From Candidatus Kapaibacterium sp. (GTDB lineage: Bacteria; Bacteroidota; Ignavibacteria; Kapaibacteriales; UBA2268), in contig JAPLFL010000048.1 in NCBI GenBank assembly GCA_026390695.1, positions 339-64,338 of the forward strand: a stretch of DNA of 64,000 nt. Direction: 5' to 3'. The notes below the pieces were generated by a model. That model had not been told where the DNA came from, ran no database searches, and worked only from the letters and a program-made list of their open reading frames with translations. A program made the translations under genes and the position numbers. This document shows, in pieces, positions 49,900 through 59,699 of this stretch; within the stretch, counting starts at the first letter, position 1; every line of letters begins with the position of its first letter.

Positions 49900-52398
49900 A
49901 TGTCAATACAAGACGAAGTAATTTCAACAATTGAAAAAGCCGAAAAGAAGAGCTCTGGTATTCCCAAAAAGTTAAGTGTTTTACCACTGAGGGATATAGT
50001 AATTTATCCCAACATGATTTTTCCTGTACTTATCGGAAGGGCGAATTCGCTCAAAGCTGTGGCTGAATCAGTGGAGCGTGACAAATTTATTTTTGTTTCA
50101 GCCCAGACTGATTCCTCGGTCGATGAACCCGGTTTAGATGATATTTATTCTAATGGATCAATTGCAAAAATCATTCAAATATTGCGTTTGCCAAATAATT
50201 TACTAAAGGTCTTAGTTGAAGGAGTAATGCAGGGGCGAATTAAAAAGAAATTGAAAACAGTTGATTTCCTTGAAGCAGAAATTGAAAAAGTAAATATTAA
50301 ATATGATGCAGAAGATATAGAACTAAAGGCGCTAATTAGAAAATCGGGCGATTTATTCTCAAATTATGTAAAATCAAATCATCACCTTCCACCTGATATT
50401 ATCGGAGCTTATGATAATATTGATAATCCTCTCCGAAAATTGTATTATGCAGCATCCAATATTCATGCAAAGGTAATGCAGAAGCAGATAATCCTTGATC
50501 AAACAGATTTAAAAACTCAATATTTTGAATTATCCGGATTGATAGCCTCTGAACTGAATTTGCTTCAATTGGAAGAAGAAATAGGATCAAAGGTTCACGA
50601 TTCTATACAGAAAACACAGAAAAAATATTTTATTCAGGAGCAAATACGAGCTCTGCAGAAAGAATTGGGAGATGAAGAAGATGATTCTCCTGAATTATCA
50701 GCAATCAGAGCAGCTATTCAAAAAGCAGATATGCCTGAACATGCACTGGCAAAAGCAATGGAAGAATTTGACAGATTGAAAAAGACACCTACAATGTCTC
50801 CAGAGTTTTCTGTTAATCGTACTTTCCTTGAAATTTTGAGTTCTTTGCCCTGGCATCAGAAATCACAGGATATTCTTGATATTCGAAACGTTAAAAGGAT
50901 TTTGGATGAGGATCATTATAATCTTGAAAAGCCTAAAGAACGTATTCTTGAATTTATTGCAGTCATAAACCTCAGTGGGGCTCTCAGAAAGCAGATCCTT
51001 TGTTTTGTCGGACCTCCGGGAGTTGGTAAAACTTCACTTGCTAAATCAATTGCTCGTGCATTAGGACGCAAGTTTGTTAGGTTTTCGCTTGGTGGTGTTA
51101 GAGACGAAGCTGAAATTCGTGGCCACAGGCGCACTTATATTGGAGCAATGCCGGGAAAAATAATTCAATCAATGAAAAAAGCGGGCACTGTTAATCCTGT
51201 AATTTTATTAGATGAAATAGATAAAATGTCAATGGATTTTCGAGGAGATCCATCATCAGCACTGCTTGAAGTGCTTGATCCTGAGCAGAACATCGCCTTC
51301 AATGATCATTATCTGGAAGTGGATTATGATTTATCAAATGTTATGTTTATTACAACTGCAAATGTTCGTTATGATATTCCGCTGCCATTGCAGGATAGAA
51401 TGGAAATTATTGAACTTTCAAGCTATCTTGATCCTGATAAATTAGAAATTGCAAAACGTCATATTCTGCCAAGAATTAAGACTGACCTTGGATTAGATGA
51501 TTTGAACATTCAAATCGAAGATAGTGCAATTTTAAAAATCATTCGTGAATATACACGTGAAGCCGGTGTCAGGAATATGGAACGTGAGATGAGTTCGGTT
51601 TTAAGAAAATTAGCCAAAGAAATTGTTGATGAAGCCTATTCAAAAGAAGCTCTGAATGAGGATTATCAGGAACAAGATCACCACGTACAGGATAATATCA
51701 AGAAATTATTTAAGAAAAAGAATATTGTTATTGACGAATCAAAAATTGAACAATATCTGAAGGCGCCAAGATTTAAAAATAAGAAAGAAGACCTCGATGC
51801 GAAAGTAGGAGTGGCTACAGGATTGGCTTGGACGAGCGTCGGTGGTGATATATTACCGATTGAAGTTACCTTTATGCCCGGTGCTGAAAAATTAACATTG
51901 ACTGGAAAACTCGGTGATGTAATGAAAGAATCTGCTTCAGCAGGGCTTTCTTATATTCGGTCGAATTATGCAGAGCTTAATATTGAAGAAAATTTCAACA
52001 AAAAGAAAGAAATTCATATACATATTCCCGAAGGCGCTATACCTAAGGACGGACCTTCAGCAGGTATAACAATGGCTATAGCTCTGATATCTGCAGCAGT
52101 AAATAAACCAATCAGAGGCGATCTGGCTATGACCGGAGAAATAACACTTCGCGGAAACATACTCCCAATCGGAGGATTGAAGGAAAAATTATTAGCAGCC
52201 AAGCGTCATGGTATTAAAACCGTTATAATCCCTCATGATAATGTTCGTGATATTGAAGATTTCAAAGATGAGATAAAATCAGGACTTGAAATTATTTCTG
52301 TTTCTCATATTAAGGAAGCTATACCTCATGTATTTCTGAAAAGTGATGATAGTCCTGCAATTAAATCAAAAACAGCAAAGAGAACCAGACCGAAATAA
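49900..52398 (+). CDS. lon: ATP-dependent Lon protease
   Basis: 832 aa; Lon N-terminal domain, Walker [10 protein letters not shown], and C-terminal protease [17 protein letters not shown] (catalytic Ser). Confidence 0.93.
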   Translation: MSIQDEVISTIEKAEKKSSGIPKKLSVLPLRDIVIYPNMIFPVLIGRANSLKAVAESVERDKFIFVSAQTDSSVDEPGLDDIYSNGSIAKIIQILRLPNNLLKVLVEGVMQGRIKKKLKTVDFLEAEIEKVNIKYDAEDIELKALIRKSGDLFSNYVKSNHHLPPDIIGAYDNIDNPLRKLYYAASNIHAKVMQKQIILDQTDLKTQYFELSGLIASELNLLQLEEEIGSKVHDSIQKTQKKYFIQEQIRALQKELGDEEDDSPELSAIRAAIQKADMPEHALAKAMEEFDRLKKTPTMSPEFSVNRTFLEILSSLPWHQKSQDILDIRNVKRILDEDHYNLEKPKERILEFIAVINLSGALRKQILCFVGPPGVGKTSLAKSIARALGRKFVRFSLGGVRDEAEIRGHRRTYIGAMPGKIIQSMKKAGTVNPVILLDEIDKMSMDFRGDPSSALLEVLDPEQNIAFNDHYLEVDYDLSNVMFITTANVRYDIPLPLQDRMEIIELSSYLDPDKLEIAKRHILPRIKTDLGLDDLNIQIEDSAILKIIREYTREAGVRNMEREMSSVLRKLAKEIVDEAYSKEALNEDYQEQDHHVQDNIKKLFKKKNIVIDESKIEQYLKAPRFKNKKEDLDAKVGVATGLAWTSVGGDILPIEVTFMPGAEKLTLTGKLGDVMKESASAGLSYIRSNYAELNIEENFNKKKEIHIHIPEGAIPKDGPSAGITMAIALISAAVNKPIRGDLAMTGEITLRGNILPIGGLKEKLLAAKRHGIKTVIIPHDNVRDIEDFKDEIKSGLEIISVSHIKEAIPHVFLKSDDSPAIKSKTAKRTRPK

Positions 52399-52431
52399 CA
52401 TTAATCAGGGGTTTAATTCTGATGATCGTTA

Positions 52432-52474
52432 TAGAAAGTAGAAAAGTAGGAAGTAGAAAAGTAGAAGGTAGGAG
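52432..52474. repeat. Tandem heptamer repeat GTAGAA(A/G) x5
   Basis: aagtagaaaagtaggaagtagaaaagtagaaggtagg, immediately downstream of lon. Confidence 0.6.
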
Positions 52475-52791
52475 CGGGGTTAATTTTTATTGGAATTAGT
52501 CATTTTTACGCCATTAAAAGCGGATCTTGCTGTCAGTAACTCAAATTGACCGAACCTTATTTTATTAAGATAATGGTAAAAATTCCTGATTATTTTTTCA
52601 AACTCGTTTTATTTTTTAACTTTTTATTCTCAACAAAATATCAAATAAGCCTCAAATAAATTTTGATTATTTCATATTTATTCTTTATTTTGCAAAACTG
52701 TAACATTAACCTATTTTTTTTGTTAATATATAGTTATAGTGTTCGATTTTTGAAATTTGAAATTATAGTAGTAAAATATAAAGGTAAAAAA

Positions 52792-55700
52792 ATGAAATAT
52801 TTCAACAACATTGGAAAAGTGGCTTTAGTAGCGCTTATAATAGGGATTATACAAACGTTCTCAGTTTGCTTTGCCGGAAGTTTTTCTGTCACCGGAGTTG
52901 ATGCGACAAAATTTCCAGTTATGCACGCAAGTTTTGTTGCTCTGGATGATAACGGAAAATCTTTCCCTAATATCTCTGCTTCTGATTTTACAATAAAAGA
53001 TTTCGGATCGGTAATTTCTCCGGCTTCAGTCAGTATTTCATGTATTGATACTCTTATTAATCCTGAGTTGAGTGTAATTCTTGTAAATGATCAGAGTACA
53101 TCAATGACAGATAAATTACCACCAGATAACGATACTCGTTGGGATTGGGTAAGATATGCCGATTCTACTTTTGTTTATACATTGAAATTTCAGGGAGATA
53201 CTAAGGTAGCGGTAACAACCTTTAGCTTTTGGTCTTGGATAAGATGTAAATTTTCAAATAATCCGAGAGAAATTCTTGATACAATTATAAATGTGAAGGT
53301 TTATGGCGGTACAGACTATAATCCTGCTTTTTTCACTGCTCCACAAACAGGATTTGGCTGTATTGATTATATGAAAACCAGAGACCCTAAAATCAGGAGA
53401 GTTGTCATCTTCTTGACCGATGGAGTGCCTTTGAAACCTGTGAATGCTGATTCTATAATTTTTGAATGTAATAATGCAAATATTCAGGTTTATGGTATTT
53501 GTGTGAATGCTACGGCAGTCCAGCCGGATATTGCAAAAATTTGTGAAAAAACCGGAGGCAAATCATTTGCTGTTGCTACCAAAAAGGCTCTGGCAGATAT
53601 TTATGCGATGATTGCAGTTGAAGCACAATCCAGAAAAATGTGTGATATATCGTGGATCTCTCCTTACGGATGTGACGATCAGAGCAGGTTTAGCAGGACT
53701 GTTGATCTTACTTTTAAGCCATTAAATGAAATTGAACACCGACCTTATACGGCTCCTATAGGGAGTGTGGCAGGTTTTGATCTGTCAACACAGATACTTG
53801 CTTTCGGCGATCCTAACCCACTGACATCATCGGATGTGACTTTGGTAATAAAACCAAAAGGGACTAAAGCTTTAATTACAGGAGGGCAATTTAAGCCAAT
53901 AAATACTTTCTTTTCAATTGTTGATTGGGGTGGGACTGCTCCACCTTTTACTCTTGATACAAATCAATCAAGAACAATAACTTTGCGATTTACACAAGAT
54001 ATCAATAGAAATTTCCAAAGGGCAATTTTCGAGTTAACAGGAACTCCATGTATGCCTGCTATGCCGGCTGTTGGCGGATTATCGCAGGTTCTTATTGTTA
54101 ATCCTGCCGGTGGTGAAATAAAATCAAGTTGTGATACGGTAAGGATAATTTGGGCCGGAATCGGCGCAGCTACTCCGATTAATCTATATTATTCCACTGA
54201 TAACGGGCTTACATTCCCTAATCTTATTGTATCGAACGTTACAGGTTTTGTTTATAATTGGTTCCCCGTACCAAGTGGTAATATCAAAATAAAAGCAGTA
54301 GTGGCTCCTATTTCCAAATATATGTGGGCAAACTCTTTTGGCTGTATCCCTGATGAACATGTAACCGGATTGGCAATTTCACAAGATAATTCATACTTAT
54401 ATATGTGCGGATCATTCACGGATTCGATTTGTATTGGTTCAACTACACTGAGAGCCATTAAAGGAACTGACGGGTTTATTGCAAAATTTGACATTTTCGG
54501 CAATTTCCTATGGGCTAATTCATTCGGAAGCACCGGTCTGGATTCTGCTGCTGCAATATGTGTGGATGCTGCCGGTTATGCTTATATAACCGGGACAGTA
54601 CAGAATGGATATACTTTTGGAGGAAGTCCGGATAATTCATGGATAAACGGACGAAGATATATGTTTGTTGCAAGATATGGACCTAATGGAGGTATGCCAA
54701 TATACAACGTAACCGGAGCAACAGGTATTTATACATTAGCTGACGTATGGGGCACGGATATTTATATTGATGCCAAGGGATATTTACAAGCTGAAGGAAA
54801 ATATACCGGAGGAGCATTCATTGCATTTACTAAAACTACCTTAGCCGCTCCTACTCCTATTACCAATACTAAAAAATTCCAAACTGAATTCACTGCCGTA
54901 AATTTATCAGCAATAGTATCAAACCCAACTGGATTTACCAAGCCATATAACTCGAATACTGCTCTTGATGCGAACGGAAATCGTTTTGATGCTTTTTCAT
55001 ATACAGGAACGACTTCTTTCGGAGGTACTTTTAATTTCACATCGAAGGGACTAAGTGATATTATTCTGCGTAAGTACGGCGGTCAACCCGGCTCAGCAGA
55101 TACTTTGAAAAATGCAGTATCTGTTCAGTCGCCTCAGCTCTCATTCACAGTTCCTTCTGTTGACCTCGGAACTCAAACAATGGGATATCCAAATGGAATA
55201 AGCCGAACAGGTATTTTAAAGAATATCGGAAATTTAACTTTGCAGATAAGTTCAAGTACTTTTTCAGGAATAAATGCTAACGAATTTTCTCTTGCTTCAA
55301 GTTTAAATGGTGTAGTTCTGGCTCCCAACGAAACACATGATGTTGAATTTATATTTACTCCTGGGGATATCGGCATACGGTCAGCAGTTTTTCAGGTTAA
55401 TTCAATTTGCGGAAGCCCTGTTTTTCTGAATGTTAGCGGAACCGGTATTTGTTCAGGGGATCCTATGGATTCGTATAATTTCGGTGATTGTAATGCCGGA
55501 ATCGAACAGAAGCGAACTCTGTTCTGTGCCTTGCATAATACCAATAATATGGCGATTACTATCAAACCGACATTGGATGGTGCCCAGGCAGTTGATTTCA
55601 GACTTTATCAAGCTGATTGTACAACTCCATTGACACAGCTTACACTTCTTCCGGATAGTTGCGCATTGATTTGTGTCGGGTTTACACCTGCCGCCTCGAA

Positions 55701-57492
55701 TGCTGAGTCGGCAACTATTAATTATCATTTACCAAGCGGTTGCACTAATCAATATACTAATCTTTATGGTAAAGGTGTTGTAACGGATTTAGCTATTTCA
55801 CCAATTGATTGGAAAGGTCGCAGAATTAATTGTTCTTTCGATTCTGTATTAATTGTTCAGAATAATGGAAAAGGAGCCGCAGATATAACTATAACAGCAA
55901 TTGATTTTGAAAATGGCGCAATACCTGAATTTGCTATGACAGTACCAAGCTTACCCGTAATTGTTGCCGCAAATGGTGGTCAACTGTCCCTTCCGGTCAA
56001 GTTTATTCCAAGTGCTGAAACAAATTTCAAAAAGAATATTACTTTTAAAATAAAAGAAGACCCATCAAAAATTTATACAGCTACTCTTAGCGGTTTTGGA
56101 ATTATCCCGAAAATCACATCTTATTTTGATTGTCCAAAACCTGTTTTGCCCGGAGATACATCTACAGCCTGGCTGACAATTAAAGATACAAGTGCAAGCG
56201 AAGACCTGACAATTTATACTGTCGATTTCAAAGGTTTGAATCTTGACTTTAAATGGCCCGGCGGAGCTGTTCCAAGCAATATTACTGTGAAAAAATTAGA
56301 TAGTATTAAAATTCCTATTATCTTTGCTCCTCCGCTTCCAAACGGATTCGGACAACGTGGAACAAAAATAATGATCATTCATGATGCTATTAGTTGCGAT
56401 TCAAAAGGAATGAGAAAAGATACCGTTTCTTATGATATTATTTGCGATGGATTGACTCTTCAGGCAGACTCAGTTACTTTTGGGTCTGTTTATCAATGTG
56501 ATAATTTATCTAAAAACCTGAGCCTTCATAATCAGAGCTTCCAAACTAAAGTATTTATAAACCCTCCTGTATTAACTGGCTCGGATGCTTCGGCTTTTAA
56601 AGTTAATATTCCCGCAGGTTATTCTATAGACGGTGGTAATAGCAGTAAAAATAATGATTTAACTGTTATATTTACTCCATCTGAACCAAGGAAGTATCAT
56701 GCAACTTTACAAATTTCTAATTCATTTAATCAGAAAGTATCAAGTGAACTTAATGGATCAGGAGAAATCTTTAAACTATCGACTCCTGTTCCTAAAAGAA
56801 TCATCCAGCAAAAACCCGGATATAAATTTAACTTGCCTGTTTTCGGGGATGTTTCATCCTTAACAAAGGGTGCTGTTACTGATTTTACAATGAATTTAAC
56901 TTATAATCCGAATGTGCTTACTTATGTTGATGGATCTATAAAATCTGCTGTTTCTCTTCCATCAGTAACATGGACGACAAAAAAAATAACTAACGGGCTT
57001 ACCGTGACAGGGAACGGAAGTATTCCAGCACCATATAATTCCAATAATTACACAATGGCTAACGAATTGTTCGATCTTGATTTCCTTGTATATCTATCGG
57101 ATGAAACCACAACACAGGTACATTTTGCTCCTGTGTTGAAAAATTGTACAAGTTATGATACATTGGCAAGTATAGTTAGTGTAATCGGAGTATGCAACGC
57201 AAAGGGAAGATTGGTTGAGATCAGCACAACCGAATATTATTTTAATGAAATATCACCAAGTCCTTCAAATGACAAAATTTCTCTTGCTTATGGGATTGGA
57301 TTGGATGCTGCAACATATATCTCAATTTATAACTCAATAGGCGAAGAAGTAAAAGTTTTGGTAAATTCTGAGATGAAAACCGGTGAATACTCTCAAAATG
57401 TGAATCTCAATGAATTGGCGGCAGGAATTTATTTCATAAGATTGCAATCAGGGCCGTTTACCGAAACTAAGAGATTGATAGTGAATAAATAA
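52792..57492 (+). CDS. Very large secreted protein (about 1566 aa): N-terminal von Willebrand factor A domain, beta-propeller (SBBP-like) repeats, multiple Ig-like/choice-of-anchor domains, and a T9SS C-terminal sorting domain
   Basis: Signal peptide MKYFNNIGKVALVALIIGI; vWA MIDAS motif VNDQSTSMTD...GGTDY...IFLTDG; C-terminal ...AAGIYFIRLQSGPFTETKRLIVNK. The track ORF starts at 52663; Met at 52792 is preferred. Confidence 0.75.
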   Translation: MKYFNNIGKVALVALIIGIIQTFSVCFAGSFSVTGVDATKFPVMHASFVALDDNGKSFPNISASDFTIKDFGSVISPASVSISCIDTLINPELSVILVNDQSTSMTDKLPPDNDTRWDWVRYADSTFVYTLKFQGDTKVAVTTFSFWSWIRCKFSNNPREILDTIINVKVYGGTDYNPAFFTAPQTGFGCIDYMKTRDPKIRRVVIFLTDGVPLKPVNADSIIFECNNANIQVYGICVNATAVQPDIAKICEKTGGKSFAVATKKALADIYAMIAVEAQSRKMCDISWISPYGCDDQSRFSRTVDLTFKPLNEIEHRPYTAPIGSVAGFDLSTQILAFGDPNPLTSSDVTLVIKPKGTKALITGGQFKPINTFFSIVDWGGTAPPFTLDTNQSRTITLRFTQDINRNFQRAIFELTGTPCMPAMPAVGGLSQVLIVNPAGGEIKSSCDTVRIIWAGIGAATPINLYYSTDNGLTFPNLIVSNVTGFVYNWFPVPSGNIKIKAVVAPISKYMWANSFGCIPDEHVTGLAISQDNSYLYMCGSFTDSICIGSTTLRAIKGTDGFIAKFDIFGNFLWANSFGSTGLDSAAAICVDAAGYAYITGTVQNGYTFGGSPDNSWINGRRYMFVARYGPNGGMPIYNVTGATGIYTLADVWGTDIYIDAKGYLQAEGKYTGGAFIAFTKTTLAAPTPITNTKKFQTEFTAVNLSAIVSNPTGFTKPYNSNTALDANGNRFDAFSYTGTTSFGGTFNFTSKGLSDIILRKYGGQPGSADTLKNAVSVQSPQLSFTVPSVDLGTQTMGYPNGISRTGILKNIGNLTLQISSSTFSGINANEFSLASSLNGVVLAPNETHDVEFIFTPGDIGIRSAVFQVNSICGSPVFLNVSGTGICSGDPMDSYNFGDCNAGIEQKRTLFCALHNTNNMAITIKPTLDGAQAVDFRLYQADCTTPLTQLTLLPDSCALICVGFTPAASNAESATINYHLPSGCTNQYTNLYGKGVVTDLAISPIDWKGRRINCSFDSVLIVQNNGKGAADITITAIDFENGAIPEFAMTVPSLPVIVAANGGQLSLPVKFIPSAETNFKKNITFKIKEDPSKIYTATLSGFGIIPKITSYFDCPKPVLPGDTSTAWLTIKDTSASEDLTIYTVDFKGLNLDFKWPGGAVPSNITVKKLDSIKIPIIFAPPLPNGFGQRGTKIMIIHDAISCDSKGMRKDTVSYDIICDGLTLQADSVTFGSVYQCDNLSKNLSLHNQSFQTKVFINPPVLTGSDASAFKVNIPAGYSIDGGNSSKNNDLTVIFTPSEPRKYHATLQISNSFNQKVSSELNGSGEIFKLSTPVPKRIIQQKPGYKFNLPVFGDVSSLTKGAVTDFTMNLTYNPNVLTYVDGSIKSAVSLPSVTWTTKKITNGLTVTGNGSIPAPYNSNNYTMANELFDLDFLVYLSDETTTQVHFAPVLKNCTSYDTLASIVSVIGVCNAKGRLVEISTTEYYFNEISPSPSNDKISLAYGIGLDAATYISIYNSIGEEVKVLVNSEMKTGEYSQNVNLNELAAGIYFIRLQSGPFTETKRLIVNK

Positions 57493-57517
57493 ATCGAAAA
57501 ATAATTTAAGAAACGAA

Positions 57518-58027
57518 ATGAGCGAATCGACTGAACTATTAGGGAAAGTACAAACACAAGGAACATTTTCAAGTGATCTCCTTCAACTTGTTAGTTTTAA
57601 TCTTGGCGATGAAGAATTTGGGATTGATATTCTCAGAGTACAGGAGATAATCAGAATGGTGGACATTACCCGTGTACCCAATGCACCATCCTTTGTTATT
57701 GGAGTGATCAATTTAAGGGGGAAAGTAATTCCGGTAATTGACCTGAATCTGCGAATGGCACTAAACACATCCGAACTGAGCAACAACAGCCGCATTATAG
57801 TAATTGAATTTGAAGGCAAGGTTGTCGGCTTTTTAGTTGATAAAGTAAATGAAGTCCTCAGGATTGATAAAAGCATTACCGAGCCGCCACCACAGATGGT
57901 TGGATCGGTTAACTCCGATTTTATTACTGGAATCGGGAAATTAGAGAACAGATTACTTATTTTGTTAGATTTGGAGAAATTATTGAATAAAGTCACCGAT
58001 CCGGAGATAACCGGATCGGTGGAATGA
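57518..58027 (+). CDS. cheW: CheW-like chemotaxis coupling protein (stand-alone)
   Basis: 169 aa; near-canonical CheW: FNLGDEEFGIDILRVQEIIRMVDITRVPNAPSFVIGVINLRGKVIPVIDL...RLLILLDLEKLL. Confidence 0.85.
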   Translation: MSESTELLGKVQTQGTFSSDLLQLVSFNLGDEEFGIDILRVQEIIRMVDITRVPNAPSFVIGVINLRGKVIPVIDLNLRMALNTSELSNNSRIIVIEFEGKVVGFLVDKVNEVLRIDKSITEPPPQMVGSVNSDFITGIGKLENRLLILLDLEKLLNKVTDPEITGSVE

Positions 58028-59652
58028 AAAGCATAATGAATAATCTTTATTTTGAAGATTGTTTGGATGTTCTAAAGAAATTACACAGTGAATTTCCAAA
58101 GGGATTTATTGATTTAATATATATTGATCCTCCTTTTAATTCAAAAAGGAACTATAATATTTTATTTGAGAGTATTGATTTAAAAAATACTAAAGCTCAG
58201 AAAGAAGCCTTCAGTGACACTTGGAGTAATGTTTCTTATCAAGATACAATAAGTGAAATACGCGAAATTGATCTAAATTTATATAAATATTTGTCAGTTT
58301 TAGATGATATTAAAATATCTATATCTGCCATAAGCTATTTATCAACTATGGCAATTAGAATCTGGTATATGCACAAGGTTTTAAAAGATACCGGTAGCTT
58401 TTATTTACATTGTGATCCTAATATGAGCCATTATTTAAAAATTATATGTGATTTAATTTTTGGATCTGATAATTTCAAATCGGAAATTACATGGCAAAGA
58501 ACCAATGCACATAATGATTCCAGAAATTATGCGCACGTAAACGATATAATTTTATATTATACAAAAGCAAAAAAAAGTTTTTTTTCAACTCAATTTATTG
58601 AATATTCCGAAAACTACATTAACAAATATTATAAGCATGTTGAAAACAGTAGAAAATTTCTCGACCGCGACCTTACAGCAGATGGACTAACTGGCGGTGG
58701 TTATAAATATGAATGGAAGGGTGTTACAAAACTTTGGAGATGTCCTGTTTCAACTATGGAGAGATACGAAAAGGAAAACAGAATCTATTATACAAACAAA
58801 AGAACTCCAAGATTAAAGCAATTTTTAGATGATATGCCCGGTGTGCCTGTCACAAATAATTGGACAGATATCCCTCCAATTAATTCTCAAGCGCAGGAAC
58901 GATTAGGTTATCCAACACAAAAGCCGCTTGAACTTTTAGAGAGAATAATACAAGCGTCATCTAATGAAGGAGATTTGGTTGCAGATTTTTTCTGTGGCTG
59001 TGGCACTACTTTAGCTGCTGCACAAAAATTAAAAAGAAATTGGCTTGGAGTCGATATTTCACATCTTGCAATTCAATTGATACTTAAAAGATTGACTGAT
59101 CCTTACCCGGAAGAGAAACGAAAAGATATTCTTAAAAATATTGATATTTCCGGGCTTCCGAAGGATATTGCTTCTGCTCACGAATTGGCACAAAACACAG
59201 ATAACCGTAGAGTTAAATTTCAAGATTGGGTTATAGAAGTTTTAATAGGTGGAGTAGCAAGTCCAAAAAAGAGTGCCGATGGTGGTTGTGACGGTTATTT
59301 TACTTTTCCGAAAACAATAAATGGCAAGCAAAAAGGAACTGGGATCATTGAAGTCAAGAGCGGAAATATCACAATTAACATGGTACGTTCGTTTATGTCT
59401 TCGGTTGATGCTTTTAAAGCTGATATTGGTGTATTTGTATGCTTTGAGGACAATATTACAGATGGGATGAGAAGAGAAGCGAAAGCAAAAGGACAAATTG
59501 AAAATTCAAAAGTTTATAAAATACAAATATTAAGTATTGACGAACTTTTGGATGGTATAAAGCCCAAAACACCTTTGATGGCAGAGTTAAATAATTTTGA
59601 ACATTCGACTGATAAATTAAAAACCGAGCAAAAGAACCAGGAAATGCTTTAG
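58024..59652 (+). CDS. Beta-class (N6A/N4C) DNA methyltransferase fused to a C-terminal Mrr-like PD-(D/E)xK restriction-endonuclease domain
   Basis: Motif IV IDLIYIDPPFNS lies N-terminal to motif I DLVADFFCGCGTTLAAAQ (beta-class order). C-terminal ~170 aa ADGGCDGYFTF...IIEVKSG...VRSFMSSVDAFKADIGVFVCFEDNITD resemble the Mrr catalytic domain. An ATGA start/stop overlap with cheW is possible; an alternative start at 58036 gives the canonical MNNLYFEDCLDVL N-terminus. Confidence 0.7.
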   Translation: MKSIMNNLYFEDCLDVLKKLHSEFPKGFIDLIYIDPPFNSKRNYNILFESIDLKNTKAQKEAFSDTWSNVSYQDTISEIREIDLNLYKYLSVLDDIKISISAISYLSTMAIRIWYMHKVLKDTGSFYLHCDPNMSHYLKIICDLIFGSDNFKSEITWQRTNAHNDSRNYAHVNDIILYYTKAKKSFFSTQFIEYSENYINKYYKHVENSRKFLDRDLTADGLTGGGYKYEWKGVTKLWRCPVSTMERYEKENRIYYTNKRTPRLKQFLDDMPGVPVTNNWTDIPPINSQAQERLGYPTQKPLELLERIIQASSNEGDLVADFFCGCGTTLAAAQKLKRNWLGVDISHLAIQLILKRLTDPYPEEKRKDILKNIDISGLPKDIASAHELAQNTDNRRVKFQDWVIEVLIGGVASPKKSADGGCDGYFTFPKTINGKQKGTGIIEVKSGNITINMVRSFMSSVDAFKADIGVFVCFEDNITDGMRREAKAKGQIENSKVYKIQILSIDELLDGIKPKTPLMAELNNFEHSTDKLKTEQKNQEML

Positions 59653-59699
59653 AGAAAACAAGTTATCGCTAAACAGTACTTCTCTAATGAGGATAGTCT

